Assembly (NCBI RefSeq): GCF_006345805.1
Contig: NC_043002.1
Span: 40,982,001-41,046,000, forward strand
Length of the DNA stretch: 64,000 bases
Source: Octopus sinensis
Lineage: Eukaryota
Direction of reading: 5' to 3'
This document shows positions 14,533 to 27,705 of the stretch, in pieces; within the stretch, counting starts at the first letter, position 1; every line of letters starts with the position of its first letter. Under the pieces are notes generated by a model that ran no database searches, was not told where the DNA came from, and was given only the letters and a program-made list of their open reading frames with translations. Made by a program: the position numbers and the translations under genes.

Positions 14533-14580
14533 GTCTCCGATGAAAGGATATAATAAATATCCTGGAAACAGCTGTAAGAC
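14533..14580 (+). ncRNA. Minimal type I hammerhead ribozyme motif (Penelope-like)
   Basis: GTCT-CCGATGA-A-AGGATA(taataaa)TATCCT-G-GAAA-CAGCTG-TA-AGAC: helix I GTCT/AGAC, helix II hairpin, palindromic helix III, GUA site; U4>C in core. Confidence 0.7.
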
Positions 14581-14819
14581 CTGTCTATAAATGTTCTAAA
14601 ATCTACACAGCCTTGGTTTTTTTATCTCATTACGAAAAAAATTTTTGTATACACTCGCTGACATATGACCAACGTTGAACCCCTTATTCGCATAATCACT
14701 GAACCTGGAACTTAATTATGGTCTATCTATAGCACTTATTCAGCATTACCTGACACCTTTGGGTCTCAATGACGCCATTACCTCTCTCTCTCTATATATA
14801 TATACATTTATATATTTAT

Positions 14820-14869
<50 letters not shown>

Positions 14870-15049
14870 GGTGCCCCAGCATGGCCACAGCTCATTAGCT
14901 GAAACTGGAAAAATCAAAATCAAAATCAAAATCATATATATATATATATATAGCTAGATAGACAAGTTGATAGTATATCATCATCATCATCATTTATTGT
15001 CTGTTTTCCATGCTGGCAAGGGATGGATGGTTTGATGGGAGCTGGTGGG

Positions 15050-15265
15050 CCATGATAAATAAGAGAGAGCTAAGAAGCAAACCCTGGTAGACTCCTACTT
15101 GTACACTAAACTCCTTAATATACTCATTGATGACTCTCACCTTACTAACAGCATCCCTGTACATGGCTTTAACAGCTCTCACTAACCACTCATCTATGCC
15201 TAGTTTCTGCATTACCCTCCAGATAAGGTCCATGTCAACAAAAGCCAGATACAGAGGTTTATCCA
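15050..15265 (-). mobile_element. RTE RT fragment
   Basis: MQKLGIDEWLVRAVKAMYRDAVSKVRV..GVYQG; same family as 26030-27705. Confidence 0.8.
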
Positions 15266-16555
15266 GGTTTTGTTGACAGGCAAACCTCTGTATCTGGCTT
15301 AGACAGGTAGACAGTACATAAATCTGGCACCACCATCAACTTCTGTCAAGCCAAACCCATTCTTAGCCTTAATTGTTTCTTCTCTGATTAGATATTTTCA
15401 GTAAATCAGCCAGGTTACTTTGGGCTTTAATTATGCCAACATCTTTGTAGACCACATTGGGAGACACACTTTCTATCCAATTTACTCAACTCACCCTGAG
15501 CAATACGGTCATTATATTGTTAATTACAATTGATATCACTTCACTCATCAGAGGTCTATTCAACTACTTAATCTCTGACACCAATTCCTTTTCTTTTACA
15601 TTAGAATTTGGTATATCTGCAGGCATTTTAGACAACTACTTTACTATTGACAACCTCTAGCAGTCTCACTTCATCTACTACAAACTCACTGAGTCTTAAT
15701 CCTAGCACAACTATTCCTTCACTCATCAACTCACAACCCAAATCTGCTATTCTGTTCTCTAATTCCTTTTTACTTTGTGTCACTAATTTGGACTTCATCT
15801 CAATATCTGAAGAGCTGTGGCACTTTTCCTTTACTTTGATCAATAAATCCTCTCCTTACTTATTCTTCTTAATCGTCTTTCACCTCCAACGCAATTCTCC
15901 CCTTACATCTCCGTCTCTTCCTCTCTCTCACCCAGTACACCTCTCCCACACATTCGCAGACAATCTTCATTACCACAAGACTTCAGTAGCTAAAGGATAC
16001 AATTTTCTTTTTCTCTCCAATGAAAGACTTGGTCTTAAATGTCAGAACTTTCATTTCCCAACAGAATATGAACAGAAAAAAAATGAAGTTTTATGTTACC
16101 AAATAAAAAAATATTTGCAGACATAGACTATCATTAATTTCTTTGGATTCTATTTTTCTTTTTTTTTACTCTATAATTACTAGTGGCTTGATAAACATAT
16201 CTCACAAGATCAAGACACACAGACAGCGTCAGCTTGAACATGATCTAAGGCAGAGTTTCTCAACTGGGATCCATATAAGATATTTTGGTGTTAAAATTTA
16301 TGTGCAATGAATTGGTTATACTTCTAAAATACACAAAAATATGTTAACAATTTCTTATACAATTCCTAATAATATTAAGTTATAAAAAAAATATAATTGG
16401 ATTTTTTTAAAACATCAAATGGCTATGAGGGTCCACCTGAATAAAATAGGAATTCAGAAGGCAAAAAATAGTTGAGAAACACTGTTCTTAGGTTTCCCCT
16501 ACATGGACAATCCATAGCCTTTTCAGGCCTACTCAGAAGATTTATTTTATTTACT

Positions 16556-16776
16556 GCTTGGTTAGGAAGGGAAAGGCAGTGCCCGAGGCTTTTTGTTTTA
16601 TTTTTCAGGAACTCTGATATATGTGGGAGAAACTAATCTTCAAATTGGAGTCCTGGCCTCAATGCTTGGTTAGAGAGGGAAAGACAAGACCCAAGACTCT
16701 TTGTTTTATTTTTCAAGGTCTCTGATACTTGTGGGAGAAACTAATCCTCAAACTAGAGACCTGGCCTCAATGCTTG
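16556..16776. repeat. Diverged tandem duplication, unit about 107 bp
   Basis: TGCTTGGTTAG..GTGGGAGAAACTAATC..CCTGGCCTCAA occurs twice. Confidence 0.85.
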
Positions 16777-17078
16777 CAACACAGTGAACTCTACTAAAGG
16801 CACTTAAGATGCTGGGTCTTGGTATTAATTCTTTAACATTCAAACTATAATCACTATCTATAGTGCTTACTTATTGTTTTGAAATTAATCATGATTTATC
16901 TCATAGCTTCAAGATTTCAATGATTTGACTGTTTATTATTAGAATGACATTGTAGGGTAAGGTGTGAAAGGCTGGATCTGGTCAGTTTGAAAATTAAAAA
17001 GTTCGATAAGATTTGTTTAAATGCTAAAGGTTAAACTAGGTAATGGATTTGGTAGACGAAAACTGAAAGAAGCCTGTC

Positions 17079-17133
<55 letters not shown>

Positions 17134-17212
17134 CATATATATACATATATTTATATATATATATAAACATATATTTATATATATATATATATAAACATAT
17201 ATTTATATATAT

Positions 17213-17257
<45 letters not shown>

Positions 17258-17556
17258 GTGTGTATATGTTTGTGTATCTGTGTTTGTCCCCCCCAATATC
17301 GCTTAACAACCAATGCTGGTTAGCGGCTTGGCAAAAGAGACCGATAGAATAAGTACTAGCCTTACAAAAAATAAGTCCTGGAGTCAATTTGCTCGATTAA
17401 AAGGCAGTGCTCCAGCATGGCTACAGTCAAATAACTGAAACAAGTAAAAAAGTAAAAGAGTAAAGAGTAACCATGCCAAAACAGACAATGGAAGCTGGTC
17501 AGCTCCTGTCAAACTGTCCACTCCATGCCAGCATAGAAAATGGATATTAAATGACA

Positions 17557-17602
<46 letters not shown>

Positions 17603-18439
17603 CAGTTAATAATTCCACTAATCTGCCACGCCACTTGGGACAAATTTTTTATTTTATCAACCTCCAAAAGGATGAAAGTCAAAGCTGATCTTGGCAGGAT
17701 TTGAACTCAGAATACAAAGAGCTGGAATGAACACCACAGAGCACTTTGTTCTATACAAATTATTCTGCAAATTCAGACATTTGAGGATTTTTGATGAGGA
17801 AGCATGTACAGAAATAGTTCAACTGGGGAAGGTTGGTATGCTTTTGGTCAAAGATCTGCTCAATAAGGGTAAATGTAGGGATAAGCAAAAACAGCAGCAG
17901 CAGCAGCAACAACAACAACAACAACAGCAACAACAGTAGCAGCAGTGGAGGCACAATGGCCCAGTGGTTAGGACAGCGAATTCGCAGTCATAAGAACATG
18001 GTTTCGATTCCCAGACCGGGCATTGTGAGTGTTTATTGAGCAAAAACACCTAACCTCCATGAGGCTCTGGCGGGGGGTGGGGGTAGTGGTGAACCTTGCT
18101 GTACTCTTTCACCACAACTTTCTCTCACTCTTTCTTCCTATTTCTGCCACAAAGCAGAGGAACCATTGTGTAACCCACTATGGGGTGGTAAACTTTCAGA
18201 CCCTATTCTAGATTGCGAATCCTCTGTACCCCAGGGTGGTTCAGCTCTCCACCCGTTAAAAGCCACCGTTTATGAAATGAGGATAACAAAGTAGCTTTCG
18301 TGCCCGTGCAACTGCCAGTCTATCGCATGTGGTGGGTGGATCTTCAAGTTGCAACACGCATTCTTAGTAGCTTAGAGTAGGCTCGAATTAGAGATTATTC
18401 TTTGTGGCTAATGGTGTGAGTCCTGATTGGAAGAAGAAG

Positions 18440-18725
18440 AAGACAACAGCAGCCGCAGCAACAATAACAACAGCAACAACAACAACAACAATACTACCAG
18501 CAACAACAACAGCAGCAACAACAACAACAACAACAGTAGCAGCAGCAGTAGCAGCAGCAGTAGCAGCAATAATAGCAACAATAATAACAAACCTCCTTTC
18601 TTCCCAACTTGTTGAAAACATTTCCAGAACAATTTAATGAAAGATTTTCTGTTGTGTAGTGTAGCATTAATGAATTCAAATTCTCGGAACATGACATGAG
18701 TACCATTCTTTACGCTCTGGAAACT

Positions 18726-18813
<88 letters not shown>

Positions 18814-18915
18814 GTAACAACAATAATAATAATAATGATGATAATGATAATAATGATACTAATAATAATAATAATAATAATAATAATGATAATAATAATA
18901 ACAACAACAACAACA
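18440..18915. repeat. (AAC/AGC)n and (AAT)n microsatellites flanking CSTPP1 exon 3
   Basis: Direct reading. Confidence 0.95.
18593..18723 (-). CDS. CSTPP1: CSTPP1 coding exon 3 (Y)FQSVKNGTHVMFREFEFINATLHNRKSFIKLFWKCFQQVGKKG(D)
   Basis: 131 nt inside ORF 18408..18935(-), AG/GT bounded. Strong similarity to recalled human FNSVCQGTHILFREFSFVQATPHNRVSFLRAFWRCFRTVGKNG. Phases 2/1 match both neighbours. Confidence 0.93.
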
Positions 18916-18949
18916 AAAAACACTGGTAATTGCACAACCTGGTAATTGC

Positions 18950-21900
18950 TACCTCATATGAGTGACAATGAAAAAAACAAAATATTGTGAATAACAGTGG
19001 TAATGAAACGGTGACAATGTTACACCCGGTAGGCTAAGAGATTCTGGTCCAGCTCCAGCCTGCTGTTATCTAGAAAGGGACCACCACACATATCGTAGAT
19101 GGAGCACACAAATTAACGCTGTGGTCATGGAGTGTTACTACCTGAGCAACCCAGTAGATGAAAATGGTGCTCGAATTAGGGGTTACCAACAACGTATGTA
19201 TGATCATTGGAGAGAAAAGGGATTGTTTCAACTCATGGAACAGAGACTATATGATCAAGCTAGAGCAATAAGAAAAAAATTGTTGGTTCACAGAAGTAGA
19301 GCTCGAAGCTGTCAAAAGACAGGTTATGGACAATAGCAGCATAGATAAGAATGAAAATACAGTTCTTACTAATAAGAGTAATCCCATAGCACAGGAAAGG
19401 AGCAGTGGTAGTGTATTTGATGAGAGACATATAGATGATCTAAAAGAAGACGATAAAACTAATAGCAACATGACAGATGAATAAAAGGCAATCTACGACA
19501 GAATAAAAGTAAGACTACAAGAGAATAATAGCGACATTATTTCCAAAGTAAAGAAGGTTGATCGATGAAAATTGAACCAAGAAACGAAAAATGTCAATGA
19601 AATTCTGAAATACATCAGAACAAACAACATCACAGAAACAAATAATTTGATCAAAGCAACAAGTATTGTTGTAGCAGAAAATGTGGGTGTCAATGTCAAG
19701 AAAAAGAAACATAATGGGAGTGACAAAAGAAAAGATCCATGGTGGAAAAGAAGAATCCAGACAGAGTTAGACATGCTTGCAAAGGAAATCTCTGTGTTAG
19801 ACTGAAAAGAGAAAGGGGAGCTTAAAAATGAACAAAAATACAGGGTGCTGAAAAGGAAGTATAGTATTGAAAGAAAGGGCCTGAAAGTAGTAATGGAGGA
19901 ACTGAAACAGTACTCCATAGCAAAGATGGTAAGATATGACCAAAGAATGATGGGTTACCACCAGAATAGGTTATTCAGAGTAGATCAGAAGAGAATCTAT
20001 AGAGAAATAAATGGAGGATGTACAGATGAAAAGTTGATACCAGGTAATATTGAAAGTCAATAGAAAATTACTGGTCTTGTGCCAAAATTTGAAACTGTTA
20101 TTATGTCAGTTTACAAACAAAGGATGAAACAAATCTGAGAAGGAAAAGGTATTTTGAATTCACTGAATAAAGGTGGTATAACTAATAACTTTCTAGCTGA
20201 AATTGAAATAGAAAAGATCAGAAGAGAAACTGAAAATGGACCAGAAGAGGAGGTCACAGGCAAAGAGATTGATAAGGTTACAGAATTTGAAGAAGTAGTC
20301 AAAGAAGAATTAGAATTATCTCAATTGTGAAATGAAACACACAATGATTAAGAATGGAGGTTTAGATGAAGAAAAATACAGTTTTGATGAAAGATCAAGT
20401 AAAAATGCAACATGATCCCGAGAGAAAATGCCACCAAACTTAATATATATGAATAGGAATAAGTTTAGACTAGAAACACGAATTGTAAATGGCATATTGT
20501 CGTTAGTTCCAACAAACAATATAACTGAAACAAATACTTTGATATATGCTGTAGGAAATGTTGTGGTGGAAGAAGTCTGGTTTAAGGAAGGAAACAATAA
20601 AAATGATTGTATTAGATTGGACTGGATGGCCTGCAGGATGAAAGCCTCAGCACATTCTCTCTACCAACCATGGTCTGCTGTGGAGGCCATGAATTTGAGC
20701 TTGAGATCATACTGGTTTGATGAACCTATTCTGCCACACTGGCTTGACATGGTTTGGCAGAGGGGTGCAGTTTCTCTTTTTAATACTCATACCCAAACTA
20801 AGGAAGGACTTGAGTAAAATCAACAGATAAAAAATGAGAAAGTTACCCGATGAAGGGTTTAAGGAAAGGTTGAAAAGAGATTATGAAATTGTACAGAAAA
20901 GCAATGACATTTTACATGAAGAGTTGAAACAAAGAGTAGTGACAGCTAATGGAAAATTGGAAAGAATGTTACGGACAAAATAAACTGTTACATTTACCTC
21001 AGAAAAAGTTGTTTGATGAACTAGTGGGTAAAAGAAGTGAGTGAGTTATTCCAGATGCAGAATAAAGTAGAGAATGCTGAAATGAAATATGAGATCAACA
21101 AGCTGAACATGACAGCAATGTAGAATGGTTAGGAACTTTGGAGAAAGAAATGGAAATTATAGAGAAACAGGAAAATATTGTTATTAGAGTAGTAACAGTG
21201 AAGAAGCTGTTAAAGAAAATGCCAAATTGGAAGGGACCTAGACCAAACAGTATTGAAGGGTTTTTGTTGATGAGATTTTCATTTCTAGATGATAGAATCT
21301 CAAATCAGCAGAACAGATCAGAGAATTGTGGCACTTTGAATGACTACTGTGTCTTGTGTTGAGAATAATGATAAGGGAAACATAATTTCTAATTCTAGGT
21401 CAATAATTTGCTCACCTCTAATGTGGTAGCTTCTCACAGGTACATTTGCAAAAGAGCTTTGTGAGAATCTTGAGGATAAAGGAATTTTGCTGGTGGAAGA
21501 AAAAGGATGCAGAAAGGGAAGCAAGGGCGCAAAAGATCAACTGCTGATTGATAAAATGGTAACAAAGAATTTAGGAGGTGGCTGACAAATCTAGGGATAG
21601 CTGGGATAGATTACAAAAAATTCTTTGATTGGTATTACATAGCTGGAAGCAAAAAACCATGGATATCTATGAAGTGATAGATAATATCAAGCATTAATCT
21701 GTGGCAGCTTGAGACAATGGAACATTGAATTAGTAGCTGGGACACAATCACAGGGAAATGTTCACATAAAATGAGGAATATCTCAGGGAGAGAGTGTGTC
21801 ATCACCTTTATTCAATACAGCTCTCATGCCACTCATTGGGATATTACAAAAGGCAAAGGCAGCTTTTGATCAGGGGTGAGCCATTGGAAAGCTGAGCCAT

Positions 21901-22140
21901 GTACTTTTTGATGGCTGATATAAAATTGTTTGCAAAACATGTTTAACTGTCAAGTAAATATGTCTGAATATTTTCTGAAGATATTTGAATAGAGTTTGGT
22001 CTAACAAAGTGCACAGTATTAATTTGGAAGAAGCGGAAAGTGATTCAAAGTGAAGGTTTACAAGTGCTTGGAATTGAATATTTAAAGAAATTGATTTAAG
22101 GTGCAGGACATATATATATCTGGATGTGCAAGAGACTTAT
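18950..22140 (+). mobile_element. Decayed R4/Dong-clade (REL-endonuclease) LINE(s), probably two fused copies
   Basis: N-terminal VMECYYLSNP..GYQQRMYDHW..EQRLYDQARAIRK and DPWWKRRIQ; RT fragments KKMPNWKGP and EKGCRKGSKGAKDQLLIDK. A second N-terminal-like segment starts near 20110. Confidence 0.8.
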
Positions 22141-22971
22141 GGAATGAAAAAGAAGAAAATGAAAGATAAGATTATGGTAGGTTGTCCATCGGTGTCCAAT
22201 GATGACAAAGTCTGCGTTCTTAGCGATGAGAGTGCATGTGACTCCGCAGTCTAAGGCTGGAAGCACTCAGACGCCCAGAGATGTCACAGTGATAGTCTAT
22301 TGACTGGATTGAGCTGGATGCTGTCTTGTGACATCTTTCTCTTGCAGCATCGAGATGCTGTCACTGGTCCTCTTCGATGGGATTATGATAGAGTATAAAG
22401 GGAGAATAAGGAAAATACTGAACCCATATTTGACATAACATTGGCTATATATTAAAGAGCATTTGTTTCTGTTCCTCTATTATAATTTAACCTCGTATAA
22501 TCTGGTACAAAACCACCTCCTCCTATTATTAGATATGTTGCAGGTATCATTATCATTATTTAATGTCTGTCTTCCATGCTGGTATGAGTTAGATGGTTTG
22601 ACAGGAGCTGGAAAAGCTGAAGACTGCACCAGACTTCTGTGTCTGTTTTGGAATGGTTTTTATGACTGGATACCCTTCCTAACATCACCCACCCTACAAA
22701 GTGGGCTGAGTGCTTTGTATATGGCACCAGCACAGGTGAGGTCAGATTTGGTATGGTTTTTACAGCTGGATGCCCTTCTAAATGTCAACCATTTCACAGT
22801 GTGGATTGGGTGCTTTTTAAATGGAACCAGCACTAAGTAACTTTGCATGACAAGGAATCTTTGAGCAGGGAGAAGGCATTGGAGGAGGTGGCTTTGTGGC
22901 AGATGATGAAAGGCTAGAGTGAGACAGAAACAGAAACAGGTGTCTTGCTGTAGAGGAGGTACATGGTTACC

Positions 22972-23030
<59 letters not shown>

Positions 23031-23616
23031 TTAACAGGAAATCAAATTTACAGACCTTAGGCTGTAAGACAAGAAAACTATTAACAATATTTGGCTCTCG
23101 TCACCCTAGAGATGTGGATCAGTTGTGTGTGAAGCAATTGAATGGGGTACCATGTCATATGAAATGTGCAGAATTCTGAAATGTACTCCACTATCAAAAA
23201 TGAGTTAACTCAATTCCCATGACGCAGGTGCATATGTACTTAAGTACACTTGCTTAAGTACAGTAAGGGTTAAGTACTCGAAAGCATTTTGTCAGGTGCT
23301 CTACAATTTATGCCTCTATAAGGTGTTACCATCAATGATTTGGATTGCATTTACAAGTTTGAATATCACCATCATCATCATCATTGTTGTCTAATATCTG
23401 CCTTCTGTGCTAGCATATCCAAGATATGGTTCTTGAGTCTTTGTTAAAAATTAATTCTATTTACACTGTTAAAACCAGTAAGAAAACAATGAATATCATA
23501 TAAACTCATCCTATTTTCCTGTTTATTCAAATGCTTGTACTACTATATGGTACATATATATCACAATTGCTTTAAAATAGTGGAAACAAAGAAACAAGGA
23601 AAATGAATCAACTTAC

Positions 23617-23719
23617 TATTCATTCATAAATTTAATTACATTCACTTTTGGGTTATCATCTTTGTATTCTAGAAGCTGAGAGATGCTATCTTCTAAATAT
23701 AACAGGACTTGAAATCTTT
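23617..23719 (-). CDS. CSTPP1: CSTPP1 coding exon 2 (E)RFQVLLYLEDSISQLLEYKDDNPKVNVIKFMNE(Y)
   Basis: 103 nt, pyrimidine-rich acceptor ..gtttactatag, GTAAGT donor. Resembles recalled human QRHVLTYMEDAVCQLLENREDISQYGIARFFTEY. Confidence 0.9.
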
Positions 23720-24728
23720 CTATAGTAAACAAAACAGAAAAAAAAAACGAAAAAAAAACGAAAAAAAATTATGAATTATATACAGAGGTAAATTCTTGAC
23801 ACAATTCAGAATCTACAAAAACACAGCTAAATATTTAGTCTTCAAGTTCTGTGTCACACTGTGACACAGAATACTGAAAATGGATAAGCGAAACATTAGA
23901 ACAATGTATCTGAACATGACTTTACAAAGTAACTGTCATTAAAATTATATAGGCACAGGTGGGTGTGGCTGTGTGGTAAGAAGCTTGCTTTCCAACCACA
24001 TGGTTCGAGGTTTAGTTCCACTGCATGGCACCTTAGACAAATGTCTTCTACAATAGTCTTGTAAAAGCCTTGTGTGTAGATTTGGTAGACAGAAACTGAA
24101 AGAAGCCCATTGTGTATATATATATATATATATATGGTCTTGTCAGCACACTAGAAATAACAGCCAATCCTCCATCAATTCATAGTCTACTACCATTCTT
24201 ATATATATATATAATATATATATATATATACATACATATATATATTTATATATATATATATAAATGGTAGCAGACTATGAGTTGATGGAGGATTGTTGTT
24301 ATTTCTAGTGTGCTGACAAGACCATCTGCACAGAGGCTCTTAACTTGCCATCACCTTAACTGGTATTGTTGTTTAGTTCATAGGTGGAGACCTATGATCA
24401 AAAGCACTCCTTTTTTTTTTTTTCTTTTCTAGGTGTGTGGATACGTTAAAGGCACTCATGCTGGTGACACAGAAAAGGTACCTGTGCCAGGCACACGTAA
24501 AAGACAACCGATCCATTCTATGGAGTGGTTGGTATTAGGAAGGGCATGCAGCTGTAGAAGCCAAGCCAAAACAGACTGGAGCTTGGTACAGCTCTGCAGC
24601 TTACCAGTTCCAGTCAAACCATGTCAGAATGGAAAACAGACACTAAATGATGACGATGACTATGACGACAATGAAGTAGCTAACACTTCATTCTAAAATA
24701 TTCTTCCTCTTTTAAGATAGTAGGGTGT

Positions 24729-24767
<39 letters not shown>

Positions 24768-25567
24768 GCTGCTATTTCTAGCAGATCGAGCAACCATGTA
24801 GAGCCTCTCTGTTAAACATATAAAAGTTGAGTGTACAACCAATATTGCAGTCATTCTCTACTGTCCATTACTACAACTATATTTACATTTGGATATATTT
24901 AGTTAATGTACAATTGGTTGTCTTTGATATGCTACATCACTATGAGAACAGCAGTTTCTGTGAGTCACTACTATATTGGTTTGTTGAAGGGTGGATGATT
25001 CACATTTTAATACTGGCACTGTGCGGTTTCTATTCCTCTGACACAAAGTCATTTATTAGACAATAATCCAATCTACCATTTATACATATAAATACCATTG
25101 GGGTAGGTGCAGATGACCGCTGAGAGCAGTGGTAAGGCTAAACACCATGTATCATTGACAAATCAATTGTAAATGTGAAATGTTGAGCTGAATGCCTTTC
25201 ATAGAGTAACGTTTTAGATAAAGGAAAAGGATATTTTCCATCTACTTAAACCATTAATGCCTGAATTAGCAATAGCTTCTTTTATCTTCTTTTACTTGTT
25301 TCAGTCGTTGTGGACTGTGGCTATGCTGGGGCACCACCCTGAAGGGTTTTAGTTGAAGAAATCACACACCCAAGTATTTCATTTTTAAGCCTGTTACTTG
25401 TTCTATTAGTCTCTTTTGTTGAATAGCTAAGTTACATGGATGTAACAAACCAGCACTGGTTGTCAAACGGAGTGGGGGAAAGGACAAAGACACAAAAACA
25501 CACATAGATATACAATGTGTGTGCATGTGTGTATACACACAAACACACACACACACACATACACATA

Positions 25568-25915
25568 CAAGATTCAGTGAATAAATTGTCTTCTAAATTA
25601 TGCAAAAATGAAAATAACACTCACATCTCATTTTAACAGATATATTTACCAAAATTATATAAAAATATCTTGAAGGCAAGGATTATGACAGCATTCATCA
25701 ACTTAAACAAGGAGACCATCCAGAAGAGTTGTAAGAGATTCTGAAGTCCTCTGGGGGCCGTGGTTGAAGCTCATGGCCATTTTATTGGAGAAATTTACTC
25801 TTCATTATTTCAAGATATTTATATGTAATTTTGGTAAATATATCTGTTAAAATGCAATGTGAGTGTTATTTTCATTTTTGCATAATTTAGACAACAATTT
25901 ATTCGACGCAACCTG
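25568..25915. mobile_element. Tc1/mariner-derived foldback MITE with about 105-bp inverted arms
   Basis: TA-flanked arms about 25568-25672 and 25809-25915; interior encodes a transposase C-terminal remnant (LKARIMTAFINLNKETIQKSC..VVEAHGHFI). Confidence 0.75.
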
Positions 25916-26029
25916 TATGTATGTATATATATATAAATATATATATATACATGTATGTGTGCGTGTGTATACATATATATGTATGTATGTATGCATGTAT
26001 GTATATATGTATGTATGTAGCTATGTGTG

Positions 26030-27705
26030 GAGAAATACCTAGCCAAAGACAAACCTCTGTACTTGACTTTTGTTGACTTAGAGAAAGCCTTTGACAGGGT
26101 CCCCTGGTCCCTTATCTAGTGGTCAATGTGGAAACTGGGAATAAACAAGTGGTTGGATAGAGCTGTACAAGCCCTGTACAGGGATGCTGTCAGTAAGGTG
26201 AAGGTTGGCAATGAGTATAGTGTAGGATTCCAGGTAGAAGTAGGGGTTCACCAAGGATCAGTCCTCAGCTCCCTCTTATTCATTATAGTCCTCCAGGCAA
26301 TAATAGGAATTCAAGACAGGCAGCCCCTGGGAGCTCCTCTATGCTGATAATCTTGCTCTAATAGCTGAGTCACTGCCAGAACTAGAGACAAAGTTTAGGT
26401 GTCGAAGCAAGGTGTAGAATTGAAGAGCCTTAAGATTAACCTAGCAAAACTGAAGTCTTAGTAAGTAGGAAGGCTGACAAATCACAACCCACTTCAAGTA
26501 GATGGCCCTGCTCAATCTGTAGAAAAGGCGTGGGTAGAAATATCATACAATGTACCCAGTGTAAGCTATGGACACATAAAAGGTGCAGCAATATCAAAGG
26601 AAGACAATTTTTGTGTGTAGCAGATGCACAGGGGCAATAAACACTGAAGATGTACAGAAAACAGATTCCATCACATGCCAGGGAAAAAAACTAGAAGTAG
26701 TTGATAGCTTCTGCTACCTAGGCAACCAAGTCTGTAATGGAGGTGGTTGCTCTGAAAGTGTGGTGGCTAGAATAAGAATAGCCTGGGCAAAGTTCAGGGA
26801 GCTCCTACCTCTGCTGGCAACTAAGGGCCTCTCGTTCAGGTTGAAAGGTAGACTGTATGATGCACGTGTGCGAACTGCCATGCTACACAGCAGTGAAACA
26901 TGGGCCATGACTGTTGAGGACATGTGTAGGCTTGAAAGAAATGATGCTAGTATGATCCGCTGGATGTGTAATGTCAGTGTGCATACACAACAGAGTGTAA
27001 GTGCCCTGAGTGAAATGTTGGACATAAGGAGCATCAAATGTGGAGTGTAAGAGAGATGACTGTGCTGGTATGGTCATGTGTTACATATGGATGAGGACAG
27101 TTGTGTGAGGAAGTGCCATACTCTCACTGTGGAAGTAACCTGTGGAAGACGTACACCCAGGAAGACATGGGATGAGGTGTTGAAACATGACCTTCGAACA
27201 CTGGGCCTCACAGAGGCAATGACAGAAGACTGAGACCTTTGGAGATATGCTGTGATTGAGAAGATCCGGCAACTAAAGTGAGATCACAGCCATAGCTGTG
27301 GCTAATGCCCCTTGACTGACTCCCATTCTGGTGGCATGTAAAATGCATCATCCGAATGTGGTCGATGCCAGTGTCCCCTGACTGGCTCCTGTGCCAGTGA
27401 CACATAAAAGGCACCATCTGAACACAGCCAATGCCAGTACCCCTTGACTGGCTCCCATGCTGGTGGTACATAAAGAGCACTATCCAAACGTGAGTGATGC
27501 CAGGACCATCTGACTGGCTCCTGTGCTGGTGGCACGTAAAAAGCACCCACAACAGTCTTGGAGCAGTTGGCATTATGAAGAACATCCAGCTGTAGAAACA
27601 TTGCTAGGGAGCCTGGTGCAGTTGCTAGCTCTCCAGACCTCAGTCAAACCATCCAACCCATGTCAGAATGGAAAACGGATGTTAAATGATGATGATGATG
27701 ATGAT
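26030..27705 (+). mobile_element. 5'-truncated RTE LINE (RT, PHD-like insert, 3'UTR with tandem subrepeats, (GAT)n tail)
   Basis: FVDLEKAFDRVP, GVHQGSVLS, LLYADNL, ARIRIAWAKFRELLPLL, HSSETW; ends in GATGATGAT. Confidence 0.9.

Noticed and set aside
15647-16126. 159-aa Ser-rich ORF
   Set aside because: Low complexity, no recognisable domain or splice context.
27300-27545. Roughly 60-bp spaced repeats, CRISPR-like at a glance
   Set aside because: Tandem subrepeats of an RTE 3'UTR; eukaryotic context, no unique spacers, no cas genes.
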